A stretch of DNA of 64,000 nucleotides from Oopsacas minuta (lineage: Eukaryota > Animalia > Porifera), in the NCBI GenBank assembly GCA_024704765.1, contig JAKMXF010000343.1, positions 973,095 through 1,037,094 on the forward strand, given 5' to 3'. The notes under the pieces were generated by a model, which worked only from the letters and a program-made list of their open reading frames with translations, was not told the DNA's origin and searched no databases. Both the position numbers and the translations under genes were made by a program. Positions within the stretch are counted from its first letter, which is position 1. Every line of letters begins with the position of its first letter. Positions 38,133-51,480 of this stretch are shown one piece after another.

Positions 38133-41100
38133 CTTCCAATTCTTCACTGGTTACTCTGTTATACCAGTATTCCTCAAAATCTCCACATCGATTTGGATCA
38201 CTTCGTATCCTGTTTGACCTACTGGGACCTTCCTCTATTATCATTTCCCCATCCAATTCTACCTCCGTTCCCACTTGATCCAGCTTTCCAGATGAGTGCT
38301 CTTCATTAAAAGAGTTCGGTAAGGTTAGTTCTCCTATCGATTCTCCGTTACGTTGTGATAGTTTGCATCAGCTAGTATGGACGATATTTGTTATTTCTGA
38401 TCCAGGATCGGTCAAACTAAGGTTAACTCCTATTTTCTCTACAACTACCCAAAGTCCCAAATAAAGTGGTGCAAGTGTGCTACTTCTTGTTTCATCCCTT
38501 ACCAAGACCAAACCACCAGGCCTGATATCAGTTGATCTAGTTTTCTTATCGTATATAACCTTCATTCTACCATTTGCATGTTCAATTTTCGTGAAACCTT
38601 CTGATGCAGTTCGATCTCCCTTCGAGTGTTAGATTCTAGATAAGAAGCAGGATCTTCATAGGAAGTATACTCAGTTTGAGGGAGAATTACACCGACTTGG
38701 CTCCCAACGGCGGATTCTTGAGGCAAGGGGCCAATTGCAGCCAGTTTTCAACATTGGATTAACTGAGATTAATTAGTACACAAGAAAGAATATAATTTTT
38801 TGGAAATTCTACAAGGATGAAGGCGTATTAGCTAGCATGGAATCACACGCTTCTGCATCATCTACCTTACCAACACTTTAGTTAAATTGATAGCTTTCAC
38901 AATTTCTCTATTCAAGGAAATTGTCATCAAATCACTTGCTCTAGTCTATCAAAACTAGATCTAGCCCAACTTAATATTCTATTCATAGCAGTGAAGCTTC
39001 TCTCGACTGTTGCAGTGCTGACAGGGATGGTTTTGGAGATCATGATTATCTTCTTTAATTGAGGGTAGATGTCTAATTTTAATGGATAGCCTCATGTGTG
39101 CTGTGAAGTATTCTATAATGAAATCAAAAACTAGCTGTGTTAAAGTCAATTTTTCCACCCCAGAATTATTTAAAGAATCCGCACTGTTGGCTCCTCAGTT
39201 TTTCTCCAAACATTACCTCATGAGGTATGCAGTCAGTATTCGCATTAATCTGCCAATTACAGATAAAGGATACTTCCGGAGTCAACTTAGGCCAGTCCGT
39301 TTGCGAAATCTTTTCTCTTCAAGGCAACAGAGCATGCACTGTTTGAAGGACTCAATCGTACTTTCAGCTCCTCCGTCTCCTTCCGGGTGGTAGCACTAGA
39401 AAGTAGCTTTTGAATGGCATATTTCTCACACAATTCTCTTACTAACGTACCATCGACGTTCGGACACTGATCAGAAAGAAGAGCCAAAGGGTACCCGTGC
39501 CTGTGGAACCAACCATATTTCCAGCCTCTAAAACAGTTAATGTCTCCTGATTTCTCATTGGAATAGCCTCCATATATTCGGAGAATAGACCCACGATCCA
39601 TACATATCGATAGCCTTAAAAGCCAGTACAGGGTGTAACAAATGTATTGTCGTTTTCTAAACTGAACATAACTAATCTCAAAATAGCACAAATATTACCG
39701 TTTTATTTCTCTATATAGCTCCTTGCCTTTCTAAAACTTGTGTAACTCGCCAGACATACAAGATACAATGTTTTGCAAAACATCACCCGATATATTACTC
39801 TATGCCTTTTTCAAATTTTTTATTAGTCCGTTAACGGTAGTTGCTTGCTCCGGCTCATCTACCTTATCTTCCATGATAGCCCACAAATTCTCGATTGGAT
39901 TGAGGTCGGGCGAGTTTCCGGGCCACTCAGCTTTATGCCAAAATGCAGGAAGATTATGTTCACACCATTCCTGTGTCAGTTTAGCAGTGTGAGCAGGTGC
40001 CCCGTCTGCATGAAAATAATCCCAGACATCTCTGAGGTTATAGACCGCTTTAAAACTGACCCATTTTTGGCTGTCCTGTGAATGGCATCTTTGCATGTTC
40101 CAGCTAAAATCTTTGTACGGTAGTAATCTCCATTTACAGTTTCTCCTTGAGGTATAATATGCAGCTCAGATAGGGCTTGGTGGGACATCATCCCCCACAC
40201 CTGTATTTTGGCTGGAAATTTTACCTTCATACAAGGTTGGATTGAAGCCGCATCCTTGCTCCAAACACGATCATTCTGTCTGTTTGGTATTTGAAAGAAT
40301 TTAAAGGGAGATTCATCAGACCATAAAACTCTATTCCAATCACCAACTGTCCAATCCTTATGAGTTACCGCAAATTTCATCCGATTTTCCTTCATTTTTT
40401 TGGTCAAACGAGGCTTTCTCGGTCTTTTATAAGGTTTCACTCCCAAAGACTTACGTAAATACCGATGGACAGACATGTGGAAAACATTACTACCACTCCT
40501 CGTTAACCTCAAAGCGAGCTTACGCGTTGATTGCCTTCTCTTTCCTAAAGATTTCTTTAACACAATTTTGGCAACTCGATTAATTTTCGGTGGATAGCTG
40601 GTAAAACATCGTTCCTCCTCACTAATTTGGTAAATATTCCGTTCAAAATGCTCACTTTCGTTATTCAAGCTAACGTCATAAGTAGTAGCGCTCCTGCTTA
40701 AATTGTCAGCTTCCAAATACTTCCGCCATTTGCGATTTGCAGCCACAATGGTCATGCCTCCCGCTCCCCGGCACTATAACGTTTTCGAGACTCACTCAGC
40801 TGACACGAAAAGAAGGAATAGGGCGAATCCTGCCATCCTAGTCTCTTTATGCTAAAACTTCACATATTGCAGAACCTGATGGATCCATTTAGACAACAAA
40901 TTTATGATTCCAATCAGGATCGGGTTACTGACAAGCGATGTGCATAGTTCTTGATAATTTTCCTCGCATTTCCTATCACACGTCCATTCCGTCCCCTTTT
41001 TAGTAAACATATACAGCAGACTAGCTATCTAGGGAAGGAATTCGTGATAGGAATTAACCAACCCTAAGAAACATCACAATCGCTTAAATTTGTTGGCCTT

Positions 41101-42900
41101 GCTTGTTGTTCAATTTTCCCCAATCTCGATGGCAAAGGTCGGATTCCGCCTTCACACAACAAATACCCAAGGAAGGCGATTTTCCTATAACCAAAGTGCC
41201 ATTTATCACGTCTTAGTTGAAGGTTTGCCTAACAGTAACAATCTAGAGTCCGTTTGAGATCGTCAAGATGATGATTGAACGTATGGGAATGAGTCAGCGT
41301 GTCATCTATATAAGGTAACAAGGAAGGGACTTCCTTCAATGCTTGATTGATTAAACGTTAGTAGGTCGAGGGAGCATTACATAAGCCAAATGGCATGACT
41401 AGGAACTCGTATTGCCTCCTGGAAATTACAAACGCTGTTTCCTCTCTGTTATTTTCATTTATTGGCATGCTCCAGCAAGTTATGGCCCGTCCAAGGTTGA
41501 GTAAAATTGGCTGTTCCGTATCCTATCAAAAATGTCTCGTATATCCTGTAATGGGTAAGAATCCTTTTTGCTACTGTCATTGAGAGCGCAAAATCAATAA
41601 CAAACCGCTTAGCACCGTCTTTCTCCTGAACTAAATAACTTTACTCGCCCAAGGAGTGTTTGAAGGACGGATTATACCATTCTTGAGCATATGGTCCACT
41701 TGCTTTTCAATTTCCTGCTGAGTCCATGGATCCACTCTATTATACCTCTCTTTAACTGACCTTGCCCTCCCTGTTTCTATGAAATGTTCAGTCAAATGTG
41801 TGATTTGGGCCTTTTGGGATCGACTGCAAAGACATCTGCGTATTCAATTAACATATTCAGGTACTCTGGTGCTGTATGGAATCCAATTCTGGGGAAATAT
41901 CCCAAGCATGACTGAGTGTTCCTGTTAACTCCTCGGTGGCAAAATTATTCACAACTTTCACGCGTGACAGAATCTCTCAACCATGTAACGAGGCTTCGGT
42001 GGGCACCCAATGATTGCCGAGACGGATCCTATTGTTAACCCAATCAAATTCTGTTGAACCAAATTGTGACAAGAAATCTCTCCCCAGAATTGTGGTGGAT
42101 TCCTTAGAGTTCAAACCAAGAATTCGTGATTAGTGGATTCCCACATCCGAAGTCAATCGTCAGTTGTCCCACTGTCTATACCTTAGTTTTCCCACACCAT
42201 GAATGCGACTTGGACGAGCAGCTACGTCCAGCCCCATGGATGATAGAGTTCCTTTATCAATGATCCTGGGTTGTGCACCCGAGTCAAGCATCGCGACGAC
42301 TGGAAAGTCGTTCAGTTTAATTCGTACCACTACCGCGGATTCACTATGAATAGGAGGCGATTCTTCTGAGTCAACAAGAATTACCTTATTTCTAGACCTG
42401 CAATCACGTCTATCATGACCTTTCTTGTCACATTGTTGACAACATTGCTCAGCACAATACCGAGCAAAATGTCCTTCGAGCCCACCAATGAAACATCCTG
42501 TTTTCCGGTGTGTAAATACTGTAGGATGTCGACCACCTCGCGGTTGTTGTCCACCCACTTTCTCCTTGTCTGATAACTGACCGCATTTACTACCTCATAG
42601 GAATTCTCGGAATGCCGTTTGAGAGACTTCCCGTGGTCGGCGAATTCGTGATGGGATTCACTTGGTAAACTTTCGGACTCCGTTTCTTTCCTTTATTCAT
42701 TTCGTCTTTGTTTTCTACTTGTAATATACGTGTCAAATTTCGGTCTCCTTTGTCCAGAACAATCCACTTTGCACTCAGTGTCCGTCTTACATAATCAGTA
42801 AATGCACGAGCTTGCCCCAAATCAATTTCTATTCTCATGTTATCTTATACACTACGTTCTTCCAATCGTTAAATCAATCTGCAGAAAATTGTGAAGTGTG
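38133..42900 (-). mobile_element. Degenerate Ty3/Gypsy LTR retrotransposon (gag, PR, RT, RH, INT)
   Basis: Zinc knuckles CQQCDKKGHDRRDC, protease MLDSGA, RT YIDD (about 41.3 kb), RNase H IVAANRKWRKYL and ADNLSR, integrase HGYP..LLSDQ and C-terminal LAPLYLG. Domain order is that of Gypsy. Confidence 0.85.
39629..40600 (-). mobile_element. 5'-truncated DD37E Tc1-like element inserted in the Gypsy integrase
   Basis: 3' TIR TA|CAGGGTGTAACAAATGTATTGTC at 39629 resembles the 33458 TIR. LWSDES, DGAPAH...WPGNSPDLNPIE with 37-residue spacing. Confidence 0.85.
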
Positions 42901-43604
42901 AGTTGTACTAGGAAATATCTTACAACAGAAATAATAATGTTTAGCATTTGCCGGAAAATACACAAGCCATTCTCGTTTATAGTATTCAGTGTTTGTTATG
43001 TTTTATGAGAAAATATTCTTTGTTGAATACGAATTGATTAGGGCATACACGTCTTAACTAAAGGCGAATCTATATTCTGGCAATTCAGGGGTCCTTGATT
43101 AACCAATTTCTATATCTAAATTCGAGAGTTCTCTCCACAAGCCAGGGTCGCTAGATATGTTAAGGGATTCGAAAATGGAAATTTCAAGAGGAACCTGATC
43201 TTCTTAGGTCATCGTTGATAAGTCTGATTGTAGGATAGCATTTAGTTATCACCCTGGCTAATAACATTAGTACTTGTATGTGAATTGTTGATTTCTTCAC
43301 AATATGAAATACGGAGAAGGATCGTTAGGAAATACTCTATCTTGAGATTCATCCCAAGTAATGATTGAGGTGGAAGATTTGAATAGAGTATTCAAGTAGG
43401 AGTTTTAGATATATTATCTCTATATAGCTCATCCCGAAAAATAATTTCCCCGCGTTTTGTCCCACCAGATTCATAGGATCGATATTTCATCATTTTAAAA
43501 CACATTTAGTACGTAACTTAAAATGGCTAAACTCAAAAAGTGAAGTAAAAATGTCATAATAAGCATAAAGTAATATAAATTGCTAACGTAAACAAATATA
43601 TATA

Positions 43605-44060
43605 CGAGCCGCTTCGCTTGCTCGCGCTGCGCGGCTTACGAACACTTTGTGTTCAAATGAGTCTTTGCACTTCGTGCCCCCAAATTTTGAATATGAATTG
43701 CAAAATTGAATAATAAATTAATATTTCAACAATTTGTTCACTTTATATAAATAAAATTAACAAAGAATTTACATGAGAGAAATTTAAAAATGCGAAATTC
43801 GGATTCAGAATCCCATCTATAGAAGTTAAGAGCAAGTTTCTACGTAATAGTTTGAAAATGTAAATTTTATGGAATCGATTTGATCATATCCTGGGTCCTG
43901 AATCATATTTTACAATTCGAATTAATGAATAATTGTGCTCAACGCTTGCTATGTCGCTGCTTAACACCTTAGTGCCACAGGTTAGATAAAGGATTATACA
44001 GATAAATTTCTTAATGCTTTTAGTGGGCTACGCGACGGGAAAAACTTGGCACTACGTGCC
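43605..44060. repeat. Cluster of GC-rich triloop hairpins of unknown element
   Basis: AGCCGC...GCGGCT stem with internal arms, GAACAC-TTT-GTGTTC, GCAC-TTC-GTGC and GGCAC-TAC-GTGCC in AT-rich DNA. Confidence 0.45.
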
Positions 44061-44499
44061 TCGGATTTATAATATAACAGAAATTTTAAGATATTATTAT
44101 CCATGGTACATCAAAATTACATGGAATGGCCAACTGTGGTGACACTGGAGAAGTTATGTCGCTTTTGGCCATTTATCTCACACTTTATGTTTTCGTCTAT
44201 TAAGAAATTCATAATTCTTTTGCACAATCGTGATGATGTAACAGTCCCGTGATAAGTTAACTTTGGTCAAGATCATGACGTAATGATATTTGTCACATTT
44301 AGGAGTACCTGTGATCCAAATTTCTAACTTCTATCCTGTGTGTTGGCTGAGCAGTGGTAAATATTGTGATTTTTCGAGAATCCAAAAGTTAACGAGGACG
44401 TCATAATTTCGTCAAAGGTGTAAATTTCGTCCAAGACTCCGAGCCAAGCCCAAATAACCATGTATTCCATCCATCAGCCCTGAGGATCATCAGTCTCTT

Positions 44500-46060
44500 T
44501 ATTGAATTCTGGACATCCAAACATATATAAGTATACATGTTAAAGTCCTAATTGAGTATGCGTATTCATAAACAAAATCTGATTTACAAAAGTAAGTAGA
44601 AGGGATAGGCAACAGATTTTAACGATACTTTTGGTTAGAGTAGGATAGGAATTCTCCTTTGAGCACCGAAAATAACTCAATACCTCTCTTTCAAAAGATC
44701 TCTGGCAGATACATCATGAACTAGATTTATGAATTAATCCAGTGCCCCGATCATTTGGTCTGAGATTGCTTGGAGAGGTATAACAAAAGGATTAATCAAT
44801 AATATCAAATCTGTAGAGTCCCTCCGCTTAGGATAATAATGAGAAAATACTTCGTATAATGTTGTAAGGTGTTCGTAGATTATATATTTGACCATTATCC
44901 AATTCTTATCTAAGTTTTCGAAATGTTCGGAAAATCTTTAAAACATACATATATTTCCTGAGTCATTCTTTCCAATTTTGTAGATTTATTGGAAAAGCTT
45001 GAATTTATTACTCAAATCAAATGTATACTTTTCTTTCTACTGAAGGAGATTCAACGTTGTGATGCCTTCGAATATATCCACGAGATAGATATGAAACACA
45101 ACGCTTCTTGGATCATTGATTTTCTGCCAAAATTCATGCTCGCCATGTTGATCAAGGAATATTTTGATCCCGAGAAGCAACTCTGGTTTAACAAGCTTTT
45201 GGAAAGTGCTTGAATTTAACTGTTTAACAACTTGCACTCAAAATATTGTTTGAAATCTCAGAAATACGTCTATGAACAGTGTCGTTAGATATAGGAATTG
45301 ATCATAACTTCCTAGCATGCTCATCGCCCAAATAAGTTGGACCATATCATTTCGAACAATGGAAGATGAGATCCTCTCCAATCGTATGAGGTCCCTTGCT
45401 CTATCAATTCGTAACTAAACAGCATATGAAGCTTCAATACAAGCAAAATATCGCTGGTGATAAGCACCTGTTGTGTCCAGTCTTGACCGTTTAAAACATC
45501 TTCCTTTCTTTTAATGAAGGATCCTTTTCTAAATACTCAAGATGACGAGTTTCCAAGTGTCGTTGTAATTTACTCGATTTCATTGATTCTCTTGATAGCA
45601 TGTCACAACATATGACACATTGGGGCTTCCAATTCCTGAATTTCGAACCACAGTAAACCCATGCTCAATATAGCTGTCAATAAACTTCGCTTTTTGGGTT
45701 CTGTGACGAAGAAATTGGCAGCCAATTCAAATAAACAAAACGTGTCCACTTCAAAAGTGTATTTGACCGACTATCAGTATAGCTAGAGAAAAAAAATTGT
45801 TATTATTCGAAAGTATAGCGTTGGTGGATTACGAAAATGTCATCAGAATTGTAAATATGTGTGATGACCTAACATTGAAGTTTTGAAATTTTTCCATTCG
45901 AGGCTACTAAAATGTGTGATTTGGCCGGCTTCTCATTATTATTTTGATACAAATTTTCTTCTACATACTATTGAGGGCCGGGGGATTATGTGTTGACAAT
46001 ATCTTTTGAAAATATTCCTTACTTTTTGAAATATAAAATTTGAAAAATTCAACGAATAAG
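44500..46060 (-). pseudogene. Internally deleted Buster/ZBED5-like hAT relic
   Basis: PQCVICCDMLSRESMKSSKLQRHLETRH, YLVDIFE..TLNL, PSTYFCKSDF on the minus strand. Confidence 0.75.
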
Positions 46061-46319
46061 TTAGACTGGCAGACATGGCCTGTGTAGCTAATCTGCATAT
46101 ACAACATGGGGAAAATGAAGTATTTGAATTAATGTTATGTAACCAGATTCAACTGAATCATCAACTGAATGAGAAACGGAGAAGTAAGGCAGAATAATAG
46201 CTAAATTAGGCATCTACAAACAAACTTAAAAAACATGTACTTTTAAAACAAAAAAAATTGGGAAAAACATAACAAAGACTAAGGAAGTTCGTTCAAAAAT
46301 TTCTAAATTATTGTCTCCT

Positions 46320-46400
46320 GAAATTTTGGAGGGGCTTCAGGGGGCTCTCGAAAAATCGGGGGGGCTTGAACCCCCCAATTTTGCCCTGGCGCCGGCCCTG
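46320..46400. repeat. hAT-like terminus fragment
   Basis: GGGGGCT repeats ending ...GGCGCCGGCCCTG. No partner end was found. Confidence 0.35.
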
Positions 46401-46437
46401 GTCACGACTCCCTTGAATTTACCCATCTCTAGGTTAC

Positions 46438-46880
46438 AATTCGATTCTGAAATTATATATGCATACTTTCAGTGATATGGACGTGTATGAAAATTAAATT
46501 TCATTAAAAATATTTACATCTCGTGGAGCTAGAGGAACTCTAATTTTAAGTCGGGAGTGAGAGTGGTAGATGAGTAATCATATTCTACAAGAAGTAGGGT
46601 CAGTTCAAACTCAAGTTCTTACCCTAAATCCGAATGAATTTCAATTATTTTTATGTTAATCGATATTTGAGATAAAGACGTTTACAACAATATCGATATT
46701 TTCGTGAAACATTAAAAATTATCATCAGCAACAGCCTGCAAAAATCGATAAATTCTCATGGTTTTTGTATATTACGACTTCTAACTTTGAGATCAATTCT
46801 TGAGTTATTTCTCATCACAACCCCTTCAAAATATGTAGATACTTTCTTTCGTATCTTGTAGTTCAATTTCCTTGAAAACA
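46438..46880 (+). repeat. Inverted repeat arm R (about 445 bp)
   Basis: Highly similar to the reverse complement of 50283-50727. Confidence 0.85.
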
Positions 46881-47524
46881 CAGGGGCCCGCTATTACTTT
46901 TTCTATGATTTTTATATTTATTTTTCTTTTGTGTTTTCTCAATTTTCCTCAGTTCCTTTATTATAATTATTGTGTTTTAGGATGGGTACTTATTGCATAG
47001 ACTATACTCGTAAGACTATACAAGAGTTGTTGAGTTCATTAGTACGTATAGGAAATCATATCATACTTGTTATAGTTCCCATCGCAACTTGTTTTAAAAA
47101 ATCCTTAAATTTAGGGACTTCTTTGTAATTTACCTATAGACAAGAAGAGCTGATATACATTACTTGTTGTGTAATATCTTAGATGATTAATATCATAGTA
47201 AAGTACTCTCATATTATAGAATTTGTTCCTCAAGATGGTCCAAAGAGATAAATTTAGAGGTAGTATATTGATATTTGTAAATTACTTTAGTGATAAATGG
47301 CTATTTTACCATTTATCACAAAAGCAATTTACAATTATCAGTATAAATTCTGCAATGAGTGATTCCAATTTATTCTGTATGAAACTTCCTCTTCGTGTCT
47401 GAAATTATTCTACAATTAGAAACATATATGCCCTGTATGATTCTCACTATTGTCTAACCACCTGAATATACATACATATATTACACTTACTACTTGTAAT
47501 TTAGTATAGGGGAACCAGGAACTA

Positions 47525-48832
47525 CAGGGTGGCTGATAAGTTTTGATACAAAATTCAATTACAATATAACCTTGATCGTAATGTATTTACAGTATTTTTT
47601 GACTATCTAAGACTTCCATATAACCTTCTTAATGCATTCAAATTCAATTTAGCCTACATTTTCCCAAAGATTTATACTATTGACCATGAGTCATGAGAGG
47701 TCAGTAATTGTTGAATTATACAAGGCGGGAAAAAGCCCTCCTGAGATTTAAAAAATGTTAAATTTTGCTAAAGGCGGAGAGCATTCATCTACAGGACAAT
47801 AAAACGTTACAATGAAACTGGGGACACGAACGACAAACCAAGATCTGGTCGTCCTTGTTCTGTGAGAACCGCAGCCCTCAAGAAGAGGGTGAGAGAACTA
47901 ATTCGGAGAAATCCACGGTTATCCATGAGAAAAATGGCCAAGGAGTTGAAAGTTACACATCAAACTGTCCAAAAAGTGGTGCATCGTGACTTGAAATGCG
48001 TTGTTTTAAAAGAAAGAAAGTACACTTCCTCTCAGAGTTAGTCAAAACAAAACGATTGTTGAGAAGCAAGGCGTTACTTGCAAGACACGCTACCTGCAGA
48101 CTCGAAAATATCATCTTTACAGATGAAAAGATTTTCACTATAGCTGAGGCTACGGATGTTGAAAATTATCGTGTGATCTCTACAGCTATCTCAGAGATCC
48201 CTGATAAGTTTGGGTACATCAGTCGGAAAATGAAACTTCTCTCAGTGATGATTGGGGCTGGTGTCCCTGCTGTTGGCCACACGCCATTGATTTTTCGTAC
48301 CTGCTGGGGTGAAAATCAACGCGAAAACTTATAAGGACTTGATCCTAGAGCCTGTTGTAAAGATCTGAGCCAAACAATGTTTTTCCGGACAGCCATTTGT
48401 TTTCCAACAAGATGGTGCTCCTGCTCATACGGTGATTACCACACAGGACTGGTGAGAGGGCAAAATCCCCGGTTTTATCCGAAAGGAAGATTGGTCCATA
48501 TAGTCCTGATTTAAATCCAATGGACTATTCTCTTTGGTCCATCTTGGAGAATAGGACTTGTTCGGTTTCACACAGCACTTTAAAGTCCCTGAAAAAGTCT
48601 TTGTGTCGCGAATGGGAGAAAATATCCCAGGAAACCCTGCGTGCCCCAGTGGAAAGTTTCCTTACCAGACTAAAGGCTGTAATTTCCAAAGAAGGAGGAT
48701 ATATAGAATAACTATTTTAGTAACTGAATCATAACAGTAGTAAATAGTCGTATATGCAATATTAACATTATATTCCAAGTTGTAAAATACAATGGAGAAA
48801 ATCCTTTGTATCAGAACTTAGTAGCCACCCTG
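47525..48832 (+). mobile_element. Full-length degenerate maT/DD37D element, 1308 bp
   Basis: TIRs CAGGGTGGCTGATAAGTTTTGATACAAA / TTTGTATCAGAACTTAGTAGCCACCCTG with TA flanks. IFTDEKIF, QQDGAPAH, SPDLNPMDY, KEGGYIE*. Frameshifted. Confidence 0.93.
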
Positions 48833-50282
48833 TAGTGCATAAACAAAATAATCTTAGGAATTTATTTAATTGCTTTAGAAATAGTTTACTCACAGATTAA
48901 TTATCTAACAATCTTACCAGATTTATGCGCTCGCTGCAAGAAATATTACTAATGTAAGCACCCGTAGCATCTGTATGATGAGTTGAAAGAGACCCTTCAG
49001 AATACAACTTGACCACTATACGATTATTCAGATAATTCTTGTCCTCAAAATAAAATACATATGCTCTACAATTAAGGAAATACAATCTGCTCTATCCAAT
49101 ACAGTTATTTTGTCTCGGACCCCACCTAATCAGTTTTGAGGCCCTCATAAGCATATCATAATTACTAAATAATGAATTATCTCAAAATAACTGAAAATCG
49201 AAAATCCATTGAATTGGTAAACTTCAAAACATACAAATTTTTTATATCATGAAACTTAGCTAAAATACATTTGTTCAAATACTGATTGATGACATTCTTT
49301 GATTCGAATAAGTAATGCACAAACTATCCCATTAAGTGATTTCGAGATAAAATTTCCCACATTCACACCTTTTAATCTCAAAGTTTACTTCAGAGCTGAC
49401 CCCTAACAATGTATCCACAACTTGTCCACTTTCTACACGACACTTAGGATTGTGCGCCTGGGGAAGGGGAATTGGTTCCTTAACCAAAATTCAACACGAA
49501 CAAGGTATTCAGAATAAATATTTGTAAGCTGGTAATATCATTAGTATCGAATTCCTTTCTTTGTTCCAATACCCAACTAATGAAAATACTCAAAGTTTCT
49601 CCACTTAAACAGACATATTTTAACAAACATTTGATCACCTAAACTATGACCAGGTTGTGTTAGAACTAACGACAAAACTAACAGTGGACTACACTCAACA
49701 GAGTATTGCTATAAGCACATGTGATGACATGAATGAAGTGAAAACACTAATCAATACAACATGCATCAGTGGATTGCAAAATCCAGATATATTTCTAGCA
49801 TTAGACTACCCATAGAATTTTGCACCATCTACCCACAACTGACCTTCAGATGTATTGAAGAAATAAAGTAATTTTCTTCAGAATTTTCTTTATCAATACA
49901 ATTAATGAAATCAACACCTCCAAATTTGTATACAAGGTTGAATCAGAGGTAGATGATGCCCACAACAAGAAACATATCGTCTCGTAACTCAAATTCAAGT
50001 ATAAATATAGATTACAAAATGATGAAACTGTTATTGAACACTAAGCTACAGTCATACTTAGATCTCAAATACTTATCACCATATGACAATAAGCAGATTT
50101 AGGTGCTGGATAAAAATTGATACGTTAGTTCCAAAGAAAAAAATTATAAGATTGACGCAAATGTTACTAGTTACATACGTATTCACATGTATGTACAAGA
50201 ATTAAGTTTAACATTAAATCAAAATAGAAATGAACCCTTCAAAATATACTACAACCAAATGGAAAAAAAGTACTAGCGACGC

Positions 50283-50727
50283 ACTGTTGTTTAGGGAAAT
50301 TGAATTATGAGTTCCGAAAGAAGGTATCTATAAATTTTGAAGGGGTTGTGATGAGAAATAACTTCAAGAATTGATGTCAAAGTTAGAATTGGTAATATAC
50401 AAAAACCATGAGAATTTATCGATTTTACAGGCTGTTGTTGGCGATAATTTTTAGTGTTTCACGAAAATATTGATATTGTTATAGACGTCTTTGTCTCAAA
50501 TATCGATTCGCATACAAATAATTGAAATTCGTTCGGATTTAGGGTAAGAACATGAGTTTGAACTGACCCTACTTCTTGTAGAACATGATTACTCACCTAC
50601 CACTCTCACTCCCGACTTAAAATTAGAGTTCCTCTAGCTCCACGAGATGTAAATATATTTAATGAAATTCAATTTTCATACACGTCCATATCACCAAAAG
50701 TATGCATATGTAATTTCAGAATCGAAT
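50283..50727 (-). repeat. Inverted repeat arm R'
   Basis: Reverse complement of 46438-46880. Confidence 0.85.
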
Positions 50728-50879
50728 CATTGACACCAAAATTATTAATCAAAAACAGTACTACGAGTACATGTTTTTAGAATCAAAACAAATTGTTTAA
50801 AACGTTCAACTTTCCTCTTCCCCATGATACTAATTTCGTTGAAATCTGATGAGTATAAGTGAGTCAAATTAGTGACTGA

Positions 50880-51480
50880 ATTGACCCTCGTCTAATTTCT
50901 TCACTGAATTTTTCAAAATATCATATTTCCAAAATTTATATATATTTTCAAAAGAAATTTTAAACACATAATCCACCAGCCCTCAATAGTACGTGAGAGA
51001 AAATTTGTATCACAATAATAACGAGAAGGCGGTCAAATAATACATTATAGTAGACACGAATGGAAAGTTGTTTCAAACCCCAATTCTAAGTCATCACACG
51101 TGTTTTACAATTCTGGTAACATTTTCGTATTCTACCAACGCTGTACTTTCGAATAATGTAAGATGTTTTTTCTCTAGCTATACGGAAAGTCGGCCCAGTA
51201 TACGAATGAAATAAACACTTGTTTAAATTTGAATTGGCTATTAACTTCATCTTTGTGTTCTGTGGCCATAACCTTTGGCTATTTAGAATTTTTAATTGAA
51301 TGTAATTAAAATTTATACATGATATTGTGACGGTATTTACACAAGATGTACATATTGATCAAGAATTCGGGTAATTTCTAATTCTAACATAGGTAAAAAG
51401 AATCAACTCAAGCCGTATCCTTTGAAATGAGATAGACAAGTATATTTTTACACTATTGAATTCAAGGTATGAAGAACAAA
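50880..51480 (+). repeat. Diverged inverted copy of the 5' region of the Buster relic
   Basis: The reverse complement of 50880-51240 aligns with 45720-46060 (GCCAATTCAAAT..., GTATAGCTAGAGAAAAAA, GATACAAATTTTCT, TACTATTGAGGGC). Confidence 0.6.

Noticed and set aside
42840-43100. Possible 5' LTR of the Gypsy element
   Set aside because: No convincing similarity to the putative 3' LTR at 28000-28330 and no PBS seen.
46880-50283. Decayed host-gene-like fragments in the spacer between the inverted arms
   Set aside because: Only short open frames broken by stops; no family could be recognised by eye.
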